Source: an uncultured Planctomycetia bacterium (lineage in GTDB: Bacteria; Omnitrophota; Gorgyraeia; JABMRG01). Taken from it: 64,000 bases of DNA. The DNA is taken from NCBI GenBank assembly GCA_964634945.1, contig CAZWMG010000009.1, positions 1,954 to 65,953 of the forward strand, read 5' to 3'. Made by a program: the position numbers and the translations under genes. Below are positions 27,314 to 36,765 of the stretch, piece after piece (the first letter of the stretch is position 1; each line of letters begins with the position of its first letter). The notes under the pieces were generated by a model. The model ran no database searches. It was not told the DNA's origin and was given only the letters and a program-made list of their open reading frames with translations.

Positions 27314-28834
27314 TTATTTTTTACTGATAGGCAGGGCTACAGATACAGTAGTACCTTGAGATTTTTTACTAATTATATCTATTTTACCTCTGTGTAAGTT
27401 TATAATCTGCTTGCATACTGTCAAGCCTAATCCTATGCCCTTTGCTTTTGTTGTAAAAAATGGCTCAAAGAGTTTGCCAAGATCACTTTTTGAGATTCCG
27501 GGGCCATTATCCTGAAAATCTATCCTGAAGCTGTTGTCTCTCTTATTGTAATAACTCTGTACTTTTATCGCGCCTTTTTTGCCGTAAAAAGATTGGTAAG
27601 CATTATCCAATATGTTAGAAAATAGACTGGTTATATGCACCGGATCCGCTTCTATCCTGTCTCCTTTTTTGCATTCACAACTTATCCCTACCTCTACATC
27701 ATAAGCACTATATTTAGCTCTAAAGTTACGTATACATTCCGCAATTAAATCGCATATTAAAATTGTCTGGTACTGAGGGACCATAACCTTTGAATAACTT
27801 AATAGGTTTTTTATAATAATATCACTCTCAATAATCTTCTTATCTATGTTATTCAGATGACTAGCGATAGATTTATCCTTAGTCTTATGCTTTATATTGT
27901 AAACAGCTGTTCTTATAACACCAAGCGGATTTCTGAGCTCATGCGCGATCGTAGCGGCAAGGGCACCTATATCAGCTAAACGTTTTGATTCCTCAAGATC
28001 TTTATGAACCGAAATAAGCTCCTTAGTCTTTTTTTCAACTTCTATTTCAAGATTGCTTTTTAAATTACGCAGCGCCTCTTCTGCTTTTTTGCGTTTTGTA
28101 ATATCAGTATCAGTACCTCTGTACCCGAGGAGCTTGCCTGATTTACTTAAAATCGGCAAACCGCTTGTTTCCAAATATACTATGTACCCATCTTTATGCA
28201 AATTCTTATTGACAAACCCCCTGAAGGCTTTCTTTCTGCTAAAGACATCTAATGCTTTTTTGCTTAACTTCTCTTTTGTTCCCGGAGCAAAAAGATTATA
28301 AAAATACTTCTTCCCCACAAGCTCGCTTGGTTTATAGCCAAGGATATTTTGAACCATAGGGCTTACATAGGTATATAGTCCGGTTGTGTCGACCTCCCAT
28401 ATCCAACCACCGGCGGTTTCGGCAACCTGCCTAAAACGTTCTTCGCTTATCTGGAGCACTCTTTCCGCTTCTTTATATTCTGTAATATCCCAGAATATAC
28501 CAAAAACACCTACTATATTATCTTCGTTATCCCGCAAAGGGGCTTTTAATGTATGTATAATTTCCTCTATGCCGTCTTTTATATACTTCTCCTCTAGCTC
28601 TCTTGCCTTACCCCTGCGCATTATAGCCTTATCATCTGACCTATACTTCTCTGCTAATTTTTCCGGAAAAAAATCGTAATCCGTCTTTCCTTTTATCTGC
28701 GCTGGCTTAATCTTAAGGTCTTTAGCATAACTCTCATTACACAGCAGGTAGATAGATTTTAAATCCTTGTAAAATATTTTATGGGGTATATTATCAAAAA
28801 GTGTCTTGTATATATAGGTAGTATTTTTTGGCAT
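27314..28834 (-). CDS. Cytoplasmic PAS-PAS sensor histidine kinase
   Basis: Two PAS/PAC domains, H-box AHELRNPL, N-box NILDNAYQS, G-boxes DNGPGI / GIGLGL. There is no TM segment. Confidence 0.85.
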   Translation of the reverse strand: MPKNTTYIYKTLFDNIPHKIFYKDLKSIYLLCNESYAKDLKIKPAQIKGKTDYDFFPEKLAEKYRSDDKAIMRRGKARELEEKYIKDGIEEIIHTLKAPLRDNEDNIVGVFGIFWDITEYKEAERVLQISEERFRQVAETAGGWIWEVDTTGLYTYVSPMVQNILGYKPSELVGKKYFYNLFAPGTKEKLSKKALDVFSRKKAFRGFVNKNLHKDGYIVYLETSGLPILSKSGKLLGYRGTDTDITKRKKAEEALRNLKSNLEIEVEKKTKELISVHKDLEESKRLADIGALAATIAHELRNPLGVIRTAVYNIKHKTKDKSIASHLNNIDKKIIESDIIIKNLLSYSKVMVPQYQTILICDLIAECIRNFRAKYSAYDVEVGISCECKKGDRIEADPVHITSLFSNILDNAYQSFYGKKGAIKVQSYYNKRDNSFRIDFQDNGPGISKSDLGKLFEPFFTTKAKGIGLGLTVCKQIINLHRGKIDIISKKSQGTTVSVALPISKK

Positions 28835-28841
28835 ATCTATC

Positions 28842-29249
28842 TCATTGGATAGATTTCTCTATCAAGTGTATTACATCAAGCGGATTAATGGGTTTGATAA
28901 GGCGGTCCTTGATATTACACATCTTAAGAAGCAGCGAATGCTCCTGATGCGTAAAGACGCCTGTGATAGCGATTATGGGGATCTCTTTAGTCTCTGGCTT
29001 TGACATTAGTTCATTGGCAACCTTGAAGCCGCTCTTCTTGTCCATCTTAAGATCAAGCAATATAATATCAGGACTTGCCTGAATTATCTCCTCAGTCACA
29101 TCGACACTCTCTGAAGCAGCTACCGGATAATAACCTGTTAACCTTAATATCTCAACCATCTCATCAAGAAATTCCTTGTCATCATCTACAACCATTACCT
29201 TCCTCTTCTTCTTCTCCTTCTTCTTCTTAGTCTCCATAAAACCCTCCAA
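28842..29249 (-). CDS. Single-domain response regulator with a poly-Lys N-terminal extension
   Basis: The N-terminal KKKKEKKKRK is encoded by a purine/pyrimidine tract. It is followed by VMVVDDDKEF...IILLDLKMDKKSG...IIAITGV receiver motifs. The start could be M1 or M5. Confidence 0.8.
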   Translation of the reverse strand: MEGFMETKKKKEKKKRKVMVVDDDKEFLDEMVEILRLTGYYPVAASESVDVTEEIIQASPDIILLDLKMDKKSGFKVANELMSKPETKEIPIIAITGVFTHQEHSLLLKMCNIKDRLIKPINPLDVIHLIEKSIQ

Positions 29250-29251
29250 GG

Positions 29252-29812
29252 CTATCTTAATGCACCCTTTACAGTCTTGATAAGCCTCTCAATATCTACC
29301 GGCTTTGGTATATATTCTTTTACCCCGCATGCCTTAATCTTTTTTATCTCCTCTTTTGAGTTTAGGATAGTAACCGCGAAGATCGGTATATTGCTGGTGT
29401 CTTCGTACATATGGAGTATCTTGCATACTTCAAAACCATCAAGCCCGGGCATCTTAAAATCTAAAAGTATTAAGGAAGGCCTCTTTGTGTATATCTTTCT
29501 GCCTGCCTCAAAACCATTTGACGCGAAATCAAGGTTAAAACCATTATTCCCAAGCGCGACTTTAAGCTCCTCTAGAAACTCTATATCATCATCTACTATA
29601 AGTATCGTCTTCTTTCCTGCCAAGAGTTTATCAGGTATCGGTATCTGATACTTTTTCATAAATTTTATAAGATCATCTTCGGCTATGCGCCTGTGACCTC
29701 CCGGGGTAGAGTAGGCTCTAAGTTTGTCCTCGTTTATCCAGTTTATAACTGTTGTATGATGAACACTACATAACCTTGCTGTCTGATGCGTCGTAAGAAT
29801 TTTGTGAGCCAT
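29252..29812 (-). CDS. HTH (MerR/excisionase-type) plus C-terminal receiver-domain protein (inverted response-regulator architecture)
   Basis: N-terminal LTTHQTARLCSVHHTTVINWINEDKLRAYSTPGGHRRI is an excisionase/MerR-like HTH. The C-terminal 120 aa are a receiver domain (ILIVDDDIEF...LILLDFKMPGLDG...IFAVT...YIPKP). Confidence 0.75.
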   Translation of the reverse strand: MAHKILTTHQTARLCSVHHTTVINWINEDKLRAYSTPGGHRRIAEDDLIKFMKKYQIPIPDKLLAGKKTILIVDDDIEFLEELKVALGNNGFNLDFASNGFEAGRKIYTKRPSLILLDFKMPGLDGFEVCKILHMYEDTSNIPIFAVTILNSKEEIKKIKACGVKEYIPKPVDIERLIKTVKGALR

Positions 29813-29904
29813 TATGTAAAGCCTCCGTTTATATCTATTATAGTTATTCTACTATTTCCATTACAAGTATACCATCTCTTATCTGTTGGGTCAATAACTA
29901 AAGA

Positions 29905-29962
29905 AGAAGGAGTATAAAAGAATAAGACAGGTTGCTTATCGCGAACGGCCTGTCTTATTCTT
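29905..29962 (-). terminator. Rho-independent terminator downstream of the MFS transporter gene
   Basis: 11-bp stem aataagacagg / cctgtcttatt (29921-29931 / 29949-29959), followed on the minus strand by the T-rich tract cttttatactccttcttctt. Confidence 0.6.
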
Positions 29963-29967
29963 ATTTT

Positions 29968-31341
29968 TTATGATTTTTTAAAGCATTTGCCGCTTCGCAA
30001 ACTATCTTCTATCTCTTCTAATGTGCGGCCCTTTGTTTCGGGGACAAAAAGATAACAAAATACAAAACCCGCTACCGCGACCAAACCATAAAGCCAAAAT
30101 GCGCTTGAACGCCCAAGCTTATCCGCAATAGTAAGAAATGTAAGCGCAACGATCATATTGAATGTCCAATTTGCTACTGTAGCTATGCTCATAGCCCTTC
30201 CACGTATCCTGAGAGGGTATATCTCCGCGATAATAAGCCAGAATATAGGGCCTAGACTTATGGCGAATGATGCGATATAGCAGGCAAGGCCTGCGACTGT
30301 TATCCATTTAAGCGCTCCTGAAAGACTGGGCACCCTAAAAGCAAATCCAAGCACCCCAAGACTTAGTATCATGCCTATCAGGCCCGCGAAAAGCAATGGC
30401 CTTCTGCCCACTCTATCTAAAAGCCAGATAGCGACTATTGTCATAAGTACGTTTACTATTCCTACACCAGCAGTAGCCAGTATAGACACCTTTGCTGACT
30501 CAAACCCCGCAAACTGAAATATCGTAGGGGCATAATATATAACGGTATTTATGCCCGTTGCCTGCTGAATAAAGGCAAGCCCTATACCTATGATAAGGGC
30601 GGGCCTTATCCATGGCTCTAAGAGCTCTGCCCAACCACCTGCCTTCTGCTTAAGGGTCTTATTAATAACTTCGAGTTCTTTGTCAACATTCTTTCTGTTG
30701 CGAATGCGCTCAAGTATAGCGCGAGCCCTTTTAACAAGGGACTGACTAAGCAGCCAACGTGGACTCTCCGGCAAAAACAGCATACCTATAAGCAGCACTA
30801 TGGCTGGTACAGAACCAAAAGCAAACATCCATCGCCAATTTTCTGAAGCTGAAAACGCGTAATCAACTATATAGGATAAAACTATGCCGCAGGTGATCAT
30901 GAGCTGATTCAGAGATACAAGCCCGCCCCTTACCTCTGTTGGCGCTACCTCTGAGATATAAAGCGGCGCTGCAAAAGAGGCGACACCAATCGCGACACCT
31001 ATTATAACGCGACATGATATAAGCCACGCTACATGCTGCGCAAAGGCAGAGCCAAGCGCGCCGACAGCAAAAAGCATCGCAGTAACTATTATGGTTTGAC
31101 GCCTGCCGAACCTATCCGATACACCGCCGCTTACCGCAGCACCCACTATAGCGCCTAACAATACGGCACTTACTACTATCTCCTGCATCATCGATGAAAG
31201 CTGAAACTCGCTCCTTATAAAGAGGATAGCTCCGGATATTACACCTGTGTCATAACCAAATAAGAGTCCTGCCAAGGCTGCTATCGATGCTACAAAATAC
31301 ACAAAAAGATTCTGTTCACTTGGCCTGTCTGTCTCTGCCAT
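29968..31341 (-). CDS. MFS sugar porter family transporter (sugar:H+ symporter)
   Basis: 12 TM helices. Sugar-porter signatures GLLFGYDTGVISGA, DRFGRR, PESPRWL and PETKGRTLEEIE. Confidence 0.85.
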   Translation of the reverse strand: MAETDRPSEQNLFVYFVASIAALAGLLFGYDTGVISGAILFIRSEFQLSSMMQEIVVSAVLLGAIVGAAVSGGVSDRFGRRQTIIVTAMLFAVGALGSAFAQHVAWLISCRVIIGVAIGVASFAAPLYISEVAPTEVRGGLVSLNQLMITCGIVLSYIVDYAFSASENWRWMFAFGSVPAIVLLIGMLFLPESPRWLLSQSLVKRARAILERIRNRKNVDKELEVINKTLKQKAGGWAELLEPWIRPALIIGIGLAFIQQATGINTVIYYAPTIFQFAGFESAKVSILATAGVGIVNVLMTIVAIWLLDRVGRRPLLFAGLIGMILSLGVLGFAFRVPSLSGALKWITVAGLACYIASFAISLGPIFWLIIAEIYPLRIRGRAMSIATVANWTFNMIVALTFLTIADKLGRSSAFWLYGLVAVAGFVFCYLFVPETKGRTLEEIEDSLRSGKCFKKS

Positions 31342-31440
31342 AATAGTACCTCCTATCTGTTATATTAAAAGCATACAATATTAATATAACAAATTTAGAT
31401 ATCCGTGACAACTTAAAATAGATTTCTTTTGCTTTTTTAT

Positions 31441-31530
31441 TCAAAAGGGGACAGAGTAAAAAGGGAAAGGGGACACTCCTATTTTATTAATAAAATAGGA
31501 GTGTCCCCTTTTCTTGGGAGTGTCCCCTTT
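31441..31530 (-). terminator. Palindromic terminator structure downstream of the tRNA cluster (ggggacactcct ... aggagtgtcccc, with a third copy of the 12-mer)
   Basis: Perfect 12-bp stem ggggacactcct (31469-31480) / aggagtgtcccc (31497-31508) around an AT loop, and an extra gggagtgtcccc at 31516-31527. T-rich flank on the minus strand. Confidence 0.55.
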
Positions 31531-31535
31531 AATAA

Positions 31536-31612
31536 TGGGGCGAGCGACGGGATTTGAACCCGCGACCGCCTGAGCCACATTCAGGTGCTCTGCCAACTGA
31601 GCTACGCCCGCC
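31536..31612 (-). tRNA. tRNA-His (anticodon GTG) with encoded G-1 and CCA
   Basis: Manual fold: G-1, acceptor GCGGGCG/CGCTCGC, D-arm GCTC-AGTTGGCA-GAGC, anticodon stem CCTGA/TCAGG with loop ATGTGGC (GTG), T-arm GCGGG-TTCAAAT-CCCGT, discriminator C pairing G-1, then CCA. Confidence 0.9.
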
Positions 31613-31644
31613 ATTTAATAATCGTGGTACGCTTTTTTCGATAT

Positions 31645-31703
31645 TCGGTTTTAGGTTGTCGGTTTATGGTTATTGCCAAAAACCGTAAACCTAAGACCGT
31701 ACA
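31645..31703. repeat. About 60-bp spacer repeat upstream of tRNA-His (copy 1 of 2)
   Basis: tcggttttaggttgtcggtttatggttattgccaaaaaccgtaaacctaagaccgtaca, about 85% identical to 31931-31996. It contains the imperfect inverted repeat ggtttatgg / ccgtaaacc. Confidence 0.6.
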
Positions 31704-31846
31704 ACTAAAATCGAAGAATAGCTTGCCATGAACCCGAGGTTTGCCCTAAACCACTCACTTCCCAAAACCATTCACTTCGTTCTGGTTCTAAACAGGGTGC
31801 TCGAATATAGGGCATGAACCAAAGATTAGGAAAACCGAGTAGTTCA

Positions 31847-31923
31847 TGGCGTGCCCGGTAGGATTCGAACCTACGGCCCTCTGCTTAGAAGGCAGATGCT
31901 CTATCCAGCTGAGCTACGGGCAC
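31847..31923 (-). tRNA. tRNA-Arg (anticodon TCT)
   Basis: Manual fold: acceptor GTGCCCG/CGGGCAC, D-arm GCTC-AGCTGGATA-GAGC, anticodon stem TCTGC/GCAGA with loop CTTCTAA (TCT), T-arm GTAGG-TTCGAAT-CCTAC, discriminator G, CCA encoded. Confidence 0.9.
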
Positions 31924-31930
31924 ACTTATT

Positions 31931-31996
31931 TCGGTTATAGGTCTTAGGTTGTCGGTTTATGGTTATTGCCGAGAACCGTAAACCTAAGATTGTACA
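31931..31996. repeat. About 60-bp spacer repeat upstream of tRNA-Arg (copy 2 of 2)
   Basis: tcggttataggtcttaggttgtcggtttatggttattgccgagaaccgtaaacctaagattgtaca. Confidence 0.6.
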
Positions 31997-32004
31997 CCGA
32001 ATAA

Positions 32005-32082
32005 TGGTCGGGGCGGCCAGATTCGAACTGGCGACCCCCTGGTCCCAAACCAGGTGCTCTAGCCAAGCTGAGCCACGCCCCG
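32005..32082 (-). tRNA. tRNA-Pro (anticodon TGG)
   Basis: Manual fold: acceptor CGGGGCG/CGCCCCG, D-arm GCTC-AGCTTGGCTA-GAGC, anticodon stem CCTGG/CCAGG with loop TTTGGGA (TGG), T-arm GCCAG-TTCGAAT-CTGGC, discriminator A, CCA encoded. Confidence 0.9.
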
Positions 32083-32088
32083 ACGTAA

Positions 32089-33852
32089 TTAGTTATTATA
32101 CTTGCGCAAGCAAATATAGTCAATCAGAAAAAAAGCCACAACAAGAAAACAGAACATAACAAATATATCACCAAATCTAGTATAGAACGTAAGCAATGTA
32201 TCCGGATAGATCGTGACAAGAGATGTCTTATGTCCTGGCACAAAAATATCTTCTCCTCTAAACTCTACCCTAGCGTATATCATGCCTGTTCTATCGATAA
32301 AACAGGATAGTCCTGTATTCGCGCTACGCACAAAAGGCCTCCTGTTCTCTACTGCCCTGAAGACAGAATTTGAAGCGTGCTGATAAGCCGCACACGTCTT
32401 ACCGAACCAGGCGTCATTTGTTATATTAACCATAAAAAAAGCGCCTCTTTTTACAAACTGCCTGACCAAATCAGGGAAGATATCCTCAAAACATATGAGC
32501 ACGCTAAAATATAGAGGGGGCACTCCTTTTTCTTGATATTCCTTATCGCGCAAAGAATAGGGCTGTCCCCTTAATGGAAGCTGAAATACTGTATACTCAC
32601 TTCCTGGTATAAATTTTCCTGTTAAAGGCAGAATATCGTAAACCCAGGAAAAATATCTACTTAAGGGGATAAACTCTCCAAATAGCACTAGATGCAATTT
32701 ATTGTACTGTTTTACGATCTTGCCTTGTTTTGAAAATAAAAGAGCGCTATTATAATCACTACTATATCCGCTACTCTCCGTTGCGATAAGCGGTGTTCCC
32801 ACAAGTATTGGTATCTTGACCTTTTTGGCAAGGCCTTGGACATACTCCATAAGGCGCCTATCTCTATCCGGATAACCCGGAACGGAAGTCTCCGGCCATA
32901 TGATTATATCCGGCTTATCACCTGCCGCATCGATGGTAAGCCTTTTATATTGAGCCAGAATATAATTTCTGTATGCAGAGTCCCATTTATGCGACTGCTT
33001 AATATTGGCCTGTACAACTGAGACCTTAATGGTTTTTACAGGTATAGAATTCTCAGTAAGCGCGTCTATCCTTCTATATCCATACACGAGCACGAAAATT
33101 AGAACCGGAAAAACAACAAGAACTTGAAACAGGGGGTGCCCATTAATTTCCTTCTTAAAGGGTATCCTTGATTTCGCGAAAAAACTGCTGTTCTCTTTCC
33201 GGCATCTTATTCCCATCTTCACAACAGTAAATACTGTAAAATTTACCAATACCATTAGAAAAGATACCCCGTACGCACCTAATATGTCCGCTATCTGTAT
33301 TACCGGGAGATTCTCATACTGCGAATACGCCAATAGGTTCCAACCTATGCCACCGCCTATGTGCGAACGAAGGTATTCTAAAAGGCACCATGCAGCTGGG
33401 ATAATAACGTATTGCGCATTACCTGGACCGAGCGGAGTCGCGTGGCGTGTTACCTGGACCGAGCGGAGTCGCGTGGCGTGTTGCGTTTGTGTACACGACG
33501 CACGGCCCCGTAAAACTCCCTCAGAGCAACGGGGCAAGCGCATGACACACGACGAAAACAACCCAAAGACTCCGAAATAGAGCCCCTGGTACAGAGATAA
33601 TATTATCCATCCGGTTACGGTTACACTGACAAGCCAATACATGGAAAGAAAAAAGAATAAAAAACCACAGGCGCATGATAAGAGAAAAGCGCTTTTAGCG
33701 TCCTTTTCCTGTAACGCAAAAAAAAGCGGGACAAGCCCGATCCATGCAAAATAAGAAAGATTAAATGAGGAAAAACTAAGGGATAAGATTGCCGCTGAAA
33801 TAATAGCAGGCAAGTAACGATAGAGAATATCTGAAACGCGCGACACAAACAT
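32089..33852 (-). CDS. lnt: Apolipoprotein N-acyltransferase Lnt, carrying an in-frame 46-aa insertion encoded by a repeat element
   Basis: N-terminal TM domain with the conserved IPAAWCLLEYLRS...GWNLLAYSQ segment. C-terminal CN-hydrolase domain with IIWPETS, LICFEDIFP and NITNDAWFG motifs. Start is chosen at the ATG overlapping the secA stop (TAATG); the track's GTG at 33867 is an alternative. Confidence 0.8.
   Translation of the reverse strand: MFVSRVSDILYRYLPAIISAAILSLSFSSFNLSYFAWIGLVPLFFALQEKDAKSAFLLSCACGFLFFFLSMYWLVSVTVTGWIILSLYQGLYFGVFGLFSSCVMRLPRCSEGVLRGRASCTQTQHATRLRSVQVTRHATPLGPGNAQYVIIPAAWCLLEYLRSHIGGGIGWNLLAYSQYENLPVIQIADILGAYGVSFLMVLVNFTVFTVVKMGIRCRKENSSFFAKSRIPFKKEINGHPLFQVLVVFPVLIFVLVYGYRRIDALTENSIPVKTIKVSVVQANIKQSHKWDSAYRNYILAQYKRLTIDAAGDKPDIIIWPETSVPGYPDRDRRLMEYVQGLAKKVKIPILVGTPLIATESSGYSSDYNSALLFSKQGKIVKQYNKLHLVLFGEFIPLSRYFSWVYDILPLTGKFIPGSEYTVFQLPLRGQPYSLRDKEYQEKGVPPLYFSVLICFEDIFPDLVRQFVKRGAFFMVNITNDAWFGKTCAAYQHASNSVFRAVENRRPFVRSANTGLSCFIDRTGMIYARVEFRGEDIFVPGHKTSLVTIYPDTLLTFYTRFGDIFVMFCFLVVAFFLIDYICLRKYNN
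33420..33540. repeat. Repeat element inside the lnt ORF: 2 x 31-nt tandem repeat plus a hairpin core shared with 15532-15560
   Basis: tacctggaccgagcggagtcgcgtggcgtgt occurs twice (33420-33450, 33451-33481). Hairpin ccccgtaaaactccctcagagcaacgggg lies at 33506-33534. It is translated in frame as MRLPRCSEGVLRGRASCTQTQHATRLRSVQVTRHATPLGPGNAQYV. Confidence 0.75.
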
Positions 33853-36737
33853 TACTTTCCACAGCACTTTTTATACTTCTTACCGCTTCCACATGTACAA
33901 GGGTCGTTTCTACCTATCTTATCAGCGTCTCTTATATAGGGCTTAGATGGGCCTATATCAGGCGCCTGAGGAGGATTAGGCATCTGATTGATATCAATAG
34001 GCATGCCTCCGGCAGCGGGGGCTTCTTTGCGCATATCGCGCATTGATCCTGCTTCAGGATGTATGAGCTCCTGTGATACGCCCTTAAAGACCCCTACGGT
34101 ATCTTCTTTTTCCACGGCCTGTATCCTAAATATATACTCAAGAGAGTCCTCTCTTATGGAATCTATCATAGCCATAAACATCTCATAGGCCTCTCTCTGA
34201 TACTCAACAAGCGGGTCTCTCTGTCCATAACCTCTTAGATGAATGCCTTCGCGCAAATGATCAATACCTAAAAGATGTTCCTTCCATTTGCCATCAATAG
34301 TTTGTAGGAGAACAAACTTTGCTATCTGCTGCATCTTTTCCAAGGTGATAGATGCCTCTTTCGCGTTATAAGCGGATTTTATCTTCTCACTGATACAGCC
34401 TCTCAGTTCTTCGCGACTTAAAGACTTGATCTCATCTTCACTGAGACTTATAAGAAATTTTCCTTTGAACCTGTTTAAAAGGTCGTTGTAATCCCATTCC
34501 TCAGGATGCAGGTTCTCAGGCACGTAAATATCAAGCGCGGCGTCACTGGCATCATCTGTCATATTAAATATGTGCTCTTTTAAGCTCTCGCTTTCTAAGA
34601 TCGTCTTTCTCTCCGAGTAGATAACTTCTCTCTGCTTATTCATAACATTATCATATTCAAGGACATGCTTTCTTATCTCAAAGTTATGAGACTCTACTCT
34701 CCTCTGGGCCGTCTCAATAGACCTGGCTACTAATTTATGCTCTGCTATCGGCTGGCCTTCCTCAAGTTGAAAAAAATCTATTAAACGTGCTACCCTATCA
34801 GAGGCAAAAATCCTCATAAGATCATCTTCCAAAGATATATAGAACCTGCTTGAACCAGGGTCGCCTTGCCTGCCCGCGCGGCCCCTCAATTGGTTATCGA
34901 TACGTCTTGCCTCATGACGCTCTGAACCTATAATATGAAGGCCCCCTAAATCAACGACCGCGTTATGCTCTTGCTCGGCCTCCTGCTTAAACCTTGCTAA
35001 CATCTCATCCCGCTCATGCTCTGAGACTGCCTTGCCACCTGCCTCTATCTTCTTTACCATATCATCTGTCTTGGATTCAGGATTTCCACCAAGCAGGATA
35101 TCCGTTCCGCGGCCCGCCATGTTCGTTGCTATTGTAACAGCACCTCTAGCACCTGTCTGCGCGATAATGTGGGCCTCAAATTCGTGATATTTCGCGTTGA
35201 GCACATTATGCGGCACACCTTTAAGCCTAAGCAGTTCTCCTATGTGCTCTGACTTATCTATGGATACGGTACCAACAAGCACGGGCCTGCCTTCTTTATG
35301 CAGTCCTACTATCTCGTCTACTATGGCGTTAAATTTTTCCTTTTCTGTCCTGTAAACAACATCCGGATAATTAGTTCTCGCCAGCGGCTTGTTAGTAGGC
35401 ACCGAGACTACGTCAAGGCTATAGATCTTTAAAAACTCCTCTGACTCAGTTACGGCTGTTCCTGTCATACCTGCCAGCTTCTCATACATGCGAAAATAGT
35501 TTTGGAACGTAATAGTAGCGAGGGTCTGATTCTCCCTCTCTATCTTAACACCTTCTTTCGCCTCTATAGCCTGGTGAAGCCCGTCACTCCAACGCCTTCC
35601 GGGCATAAGCCTTCCTGTAAACTCATCGACTATAATAACCTGGCCATCTTTAATAATGTAATCGACATCAGCCTTAAAATTATTATGCGCGCGCAATGCC
35701 TGGTTAACATGGTGTTTATACTCCATAGACGAAAGCGTGTGCATATCCTTTATCCCCAAAAGTTCCGATGCCTTTGATTCACCTGCTTCAGTCAGATATG
35801 ATGTGCGGCCCTTCTCATCTATTATAAAATCTCCTGTCTCTTCTTTTGTCTGCTCATCGCGCTCACCCTTCTTAAGCCTTGGTATTATCTTATCTATCTG
35901 GTAATATTTATCCGTTGATGCCTCCGCAGGGCCTGATATAATAAGCGGGGTCCTGGCTTCATCAATAAGTATGCTATCAACCTCATCGACTATCGCGAAG
36001 AACGGGTCTCGCTGCACCATATCCTCTTTAGAGACAACCATATTATCCCGTAAATAATCAAAACCAAATTCATTATTAGTACCGTAGGTTATATCAGCGC
36101 CATAGGCGACTTTTCTCTCCTCAGGACGCATATCATGCTGTATAACGCCGACTGAAAGTCCTAGGAATTCATAGATAGGCCCCATCCATTCACAATCGCG
36201 GCGCGAAAGGTAGTCATTTACGGTGATCACGTGCACCCCTTTGCCTAAAAGGGCATTAAGATATACCGGCAGGGTAGCTACGAGAGTCTTTCCCTCGCCC
36301 GTTGTCATTTCCGCTATCCTTCCCTCATGAAGCACGATCCCGCCGATAATCTGGCTATCAAAATGACGCATATTGACTTTGCGTTTCGCTGCCTCTCGTA
36401 CAACCGCAAATGCCTCAGGGAGTATCTCATCAAATAGACTGTTATACAGCTTCTTTAAACGTTGCCTTGCCTTGTCCTTGGTTGTCTGCGTCGTAGACTC
36501 GTCAATCTGTTGCTTAATATCAGCTATATCTTTTGAAAAAGCCTCCTCTTTCTCTCTGATATTTCTACGAAATTCATCTGTCTTCGCACGTAAAGCTTCA
36601 TCAGTGAGTGAAGATATATACTCCTCCTGGCTATTTACCTTTTGCAGGATAGGCTCGAGCTTATTTAGCTCTTTCTCATTCTGTGAGCCGAAGATTATTC
36701 TTTTTATCCAGTTTATCATTTCTAAACCTCTCGCCAA
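33852..36737 (-). CDS. secA: Preprotein translocase ATPase SecA
   Basis: 961 aa with DEAD-like motor motifs ([42 protein letters not shown]) and the C-terminal zinc finger [15 protein letters not shown]. Confidence 0.95.
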   Translation of the reverse strand: MARGLEMINWIKRIIFGSQNEKELNKLEPILQKVNSQEEYISSLTDEALRAKTDEFRRNIREKEEAFSKDIADIKQQIDESTTQTTKDKARQRLKKLYNSLFDEILPEAFAVVREAAKRKVNMRHFDSQIIGGIVLHEGRIAEMTTGEGKTLVATLPVYLNALLGKGVHVITVNDYLSRRDCEWMGPIYEFLGLSVGVIQHDMRPEERKVAYGADITYGTNNEFGFDYLRDNMVVSKEDMVQRDPFFAIVDEVDSILIDEARTPLIISGPAEASTDKYYQIDKIIPRLKKGERDEQTKEETGDFIIDEKGRTSYLTEAGESKASELLGIKDMHTLSSMEYKHHVNQALRAHNNFKADVDYIIKDGQVIIVDEFTGRLMPGRRWSDGLHQAIEAKEGVKIERENQTLATITFQNYFRMYEKLAGMTGTAVTESEEFLKIYSLDVVSVPTNKPLARTNYPDVVYRTEKEKFNAIVDEIVGLHKEGRPVLVGTVSIDKSEHIGELLRLKGVPHNVLNAKYHEFEAHIIAQTGARGAVTIATNMAGRGTDILLGGNPESKTDDMVKKIEAGGKAVSEHERDEMLARFKQEAEQEHNAVVDLGGLHIIGSERHEARRIDNQLRGRAGRQGDPGSSRFYISLEDDLMRIFASDRVARLIDFFQLEEGQPIAEHKLVARSIETAQRRVESHNFEIRKHVLEYDNVMNKQREVIYSERKTILESESLKEHIFNMTDDASDAALDIYVPENLHPEEWDYNDLLNRFKGKFLISLSEDEIKSLSREELRGCISEKIKSAYNAKEASITLEKMQQIAKFVLLQTIDGKWKEHLLGIDHLREGIHLRGYGQRDPLVEYQREAYEMFMAMIDSIREDSLEYIFRIQAVEKEDTVGVFKGVSQELIHPEAGSMRDMRKEAPAAGGMPIDINQMPNPPQAPDIGPSKPYIRDADKIGRNDPCTCGSGKKYKKCCGK

Positions 36738-36765
36738 ACTAGCCGCTGTCCCCTAGTAAGCATTT

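Noticed and set aside
31342-32088. tRNA cluster as the integration site of a genomic island or prophage
   Set aside because: There is no integrase, no phage gene, and no direct repeat of a tRNA 3' end nearby. The flanking genes (MFS, lnt-secA-prfB) are core housekeeping.
31959-32159. 66-aa plus-strand ORF
   Set aside because: It overlaps tRNA-Arg and tRNA-Pro on the opposite strand and the spacer repeat, so it is spurious.
33284-33580. 98-aa plus-strand ORF inside lnt
   Set aside because: It reads the GC-rich repeat insertion on the opposite strand. lnt on the minus strand is continuous and conserved on both sides of it.
32089-33852. Possibility that lnt is a pseudogene disrupted by a mobile element
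   Set aside because: The insertion is an exact multiple of 3 with no stop codons, and all catalytic-domain motifs (E, K, C triad region) are intact, so it is more likely functional.
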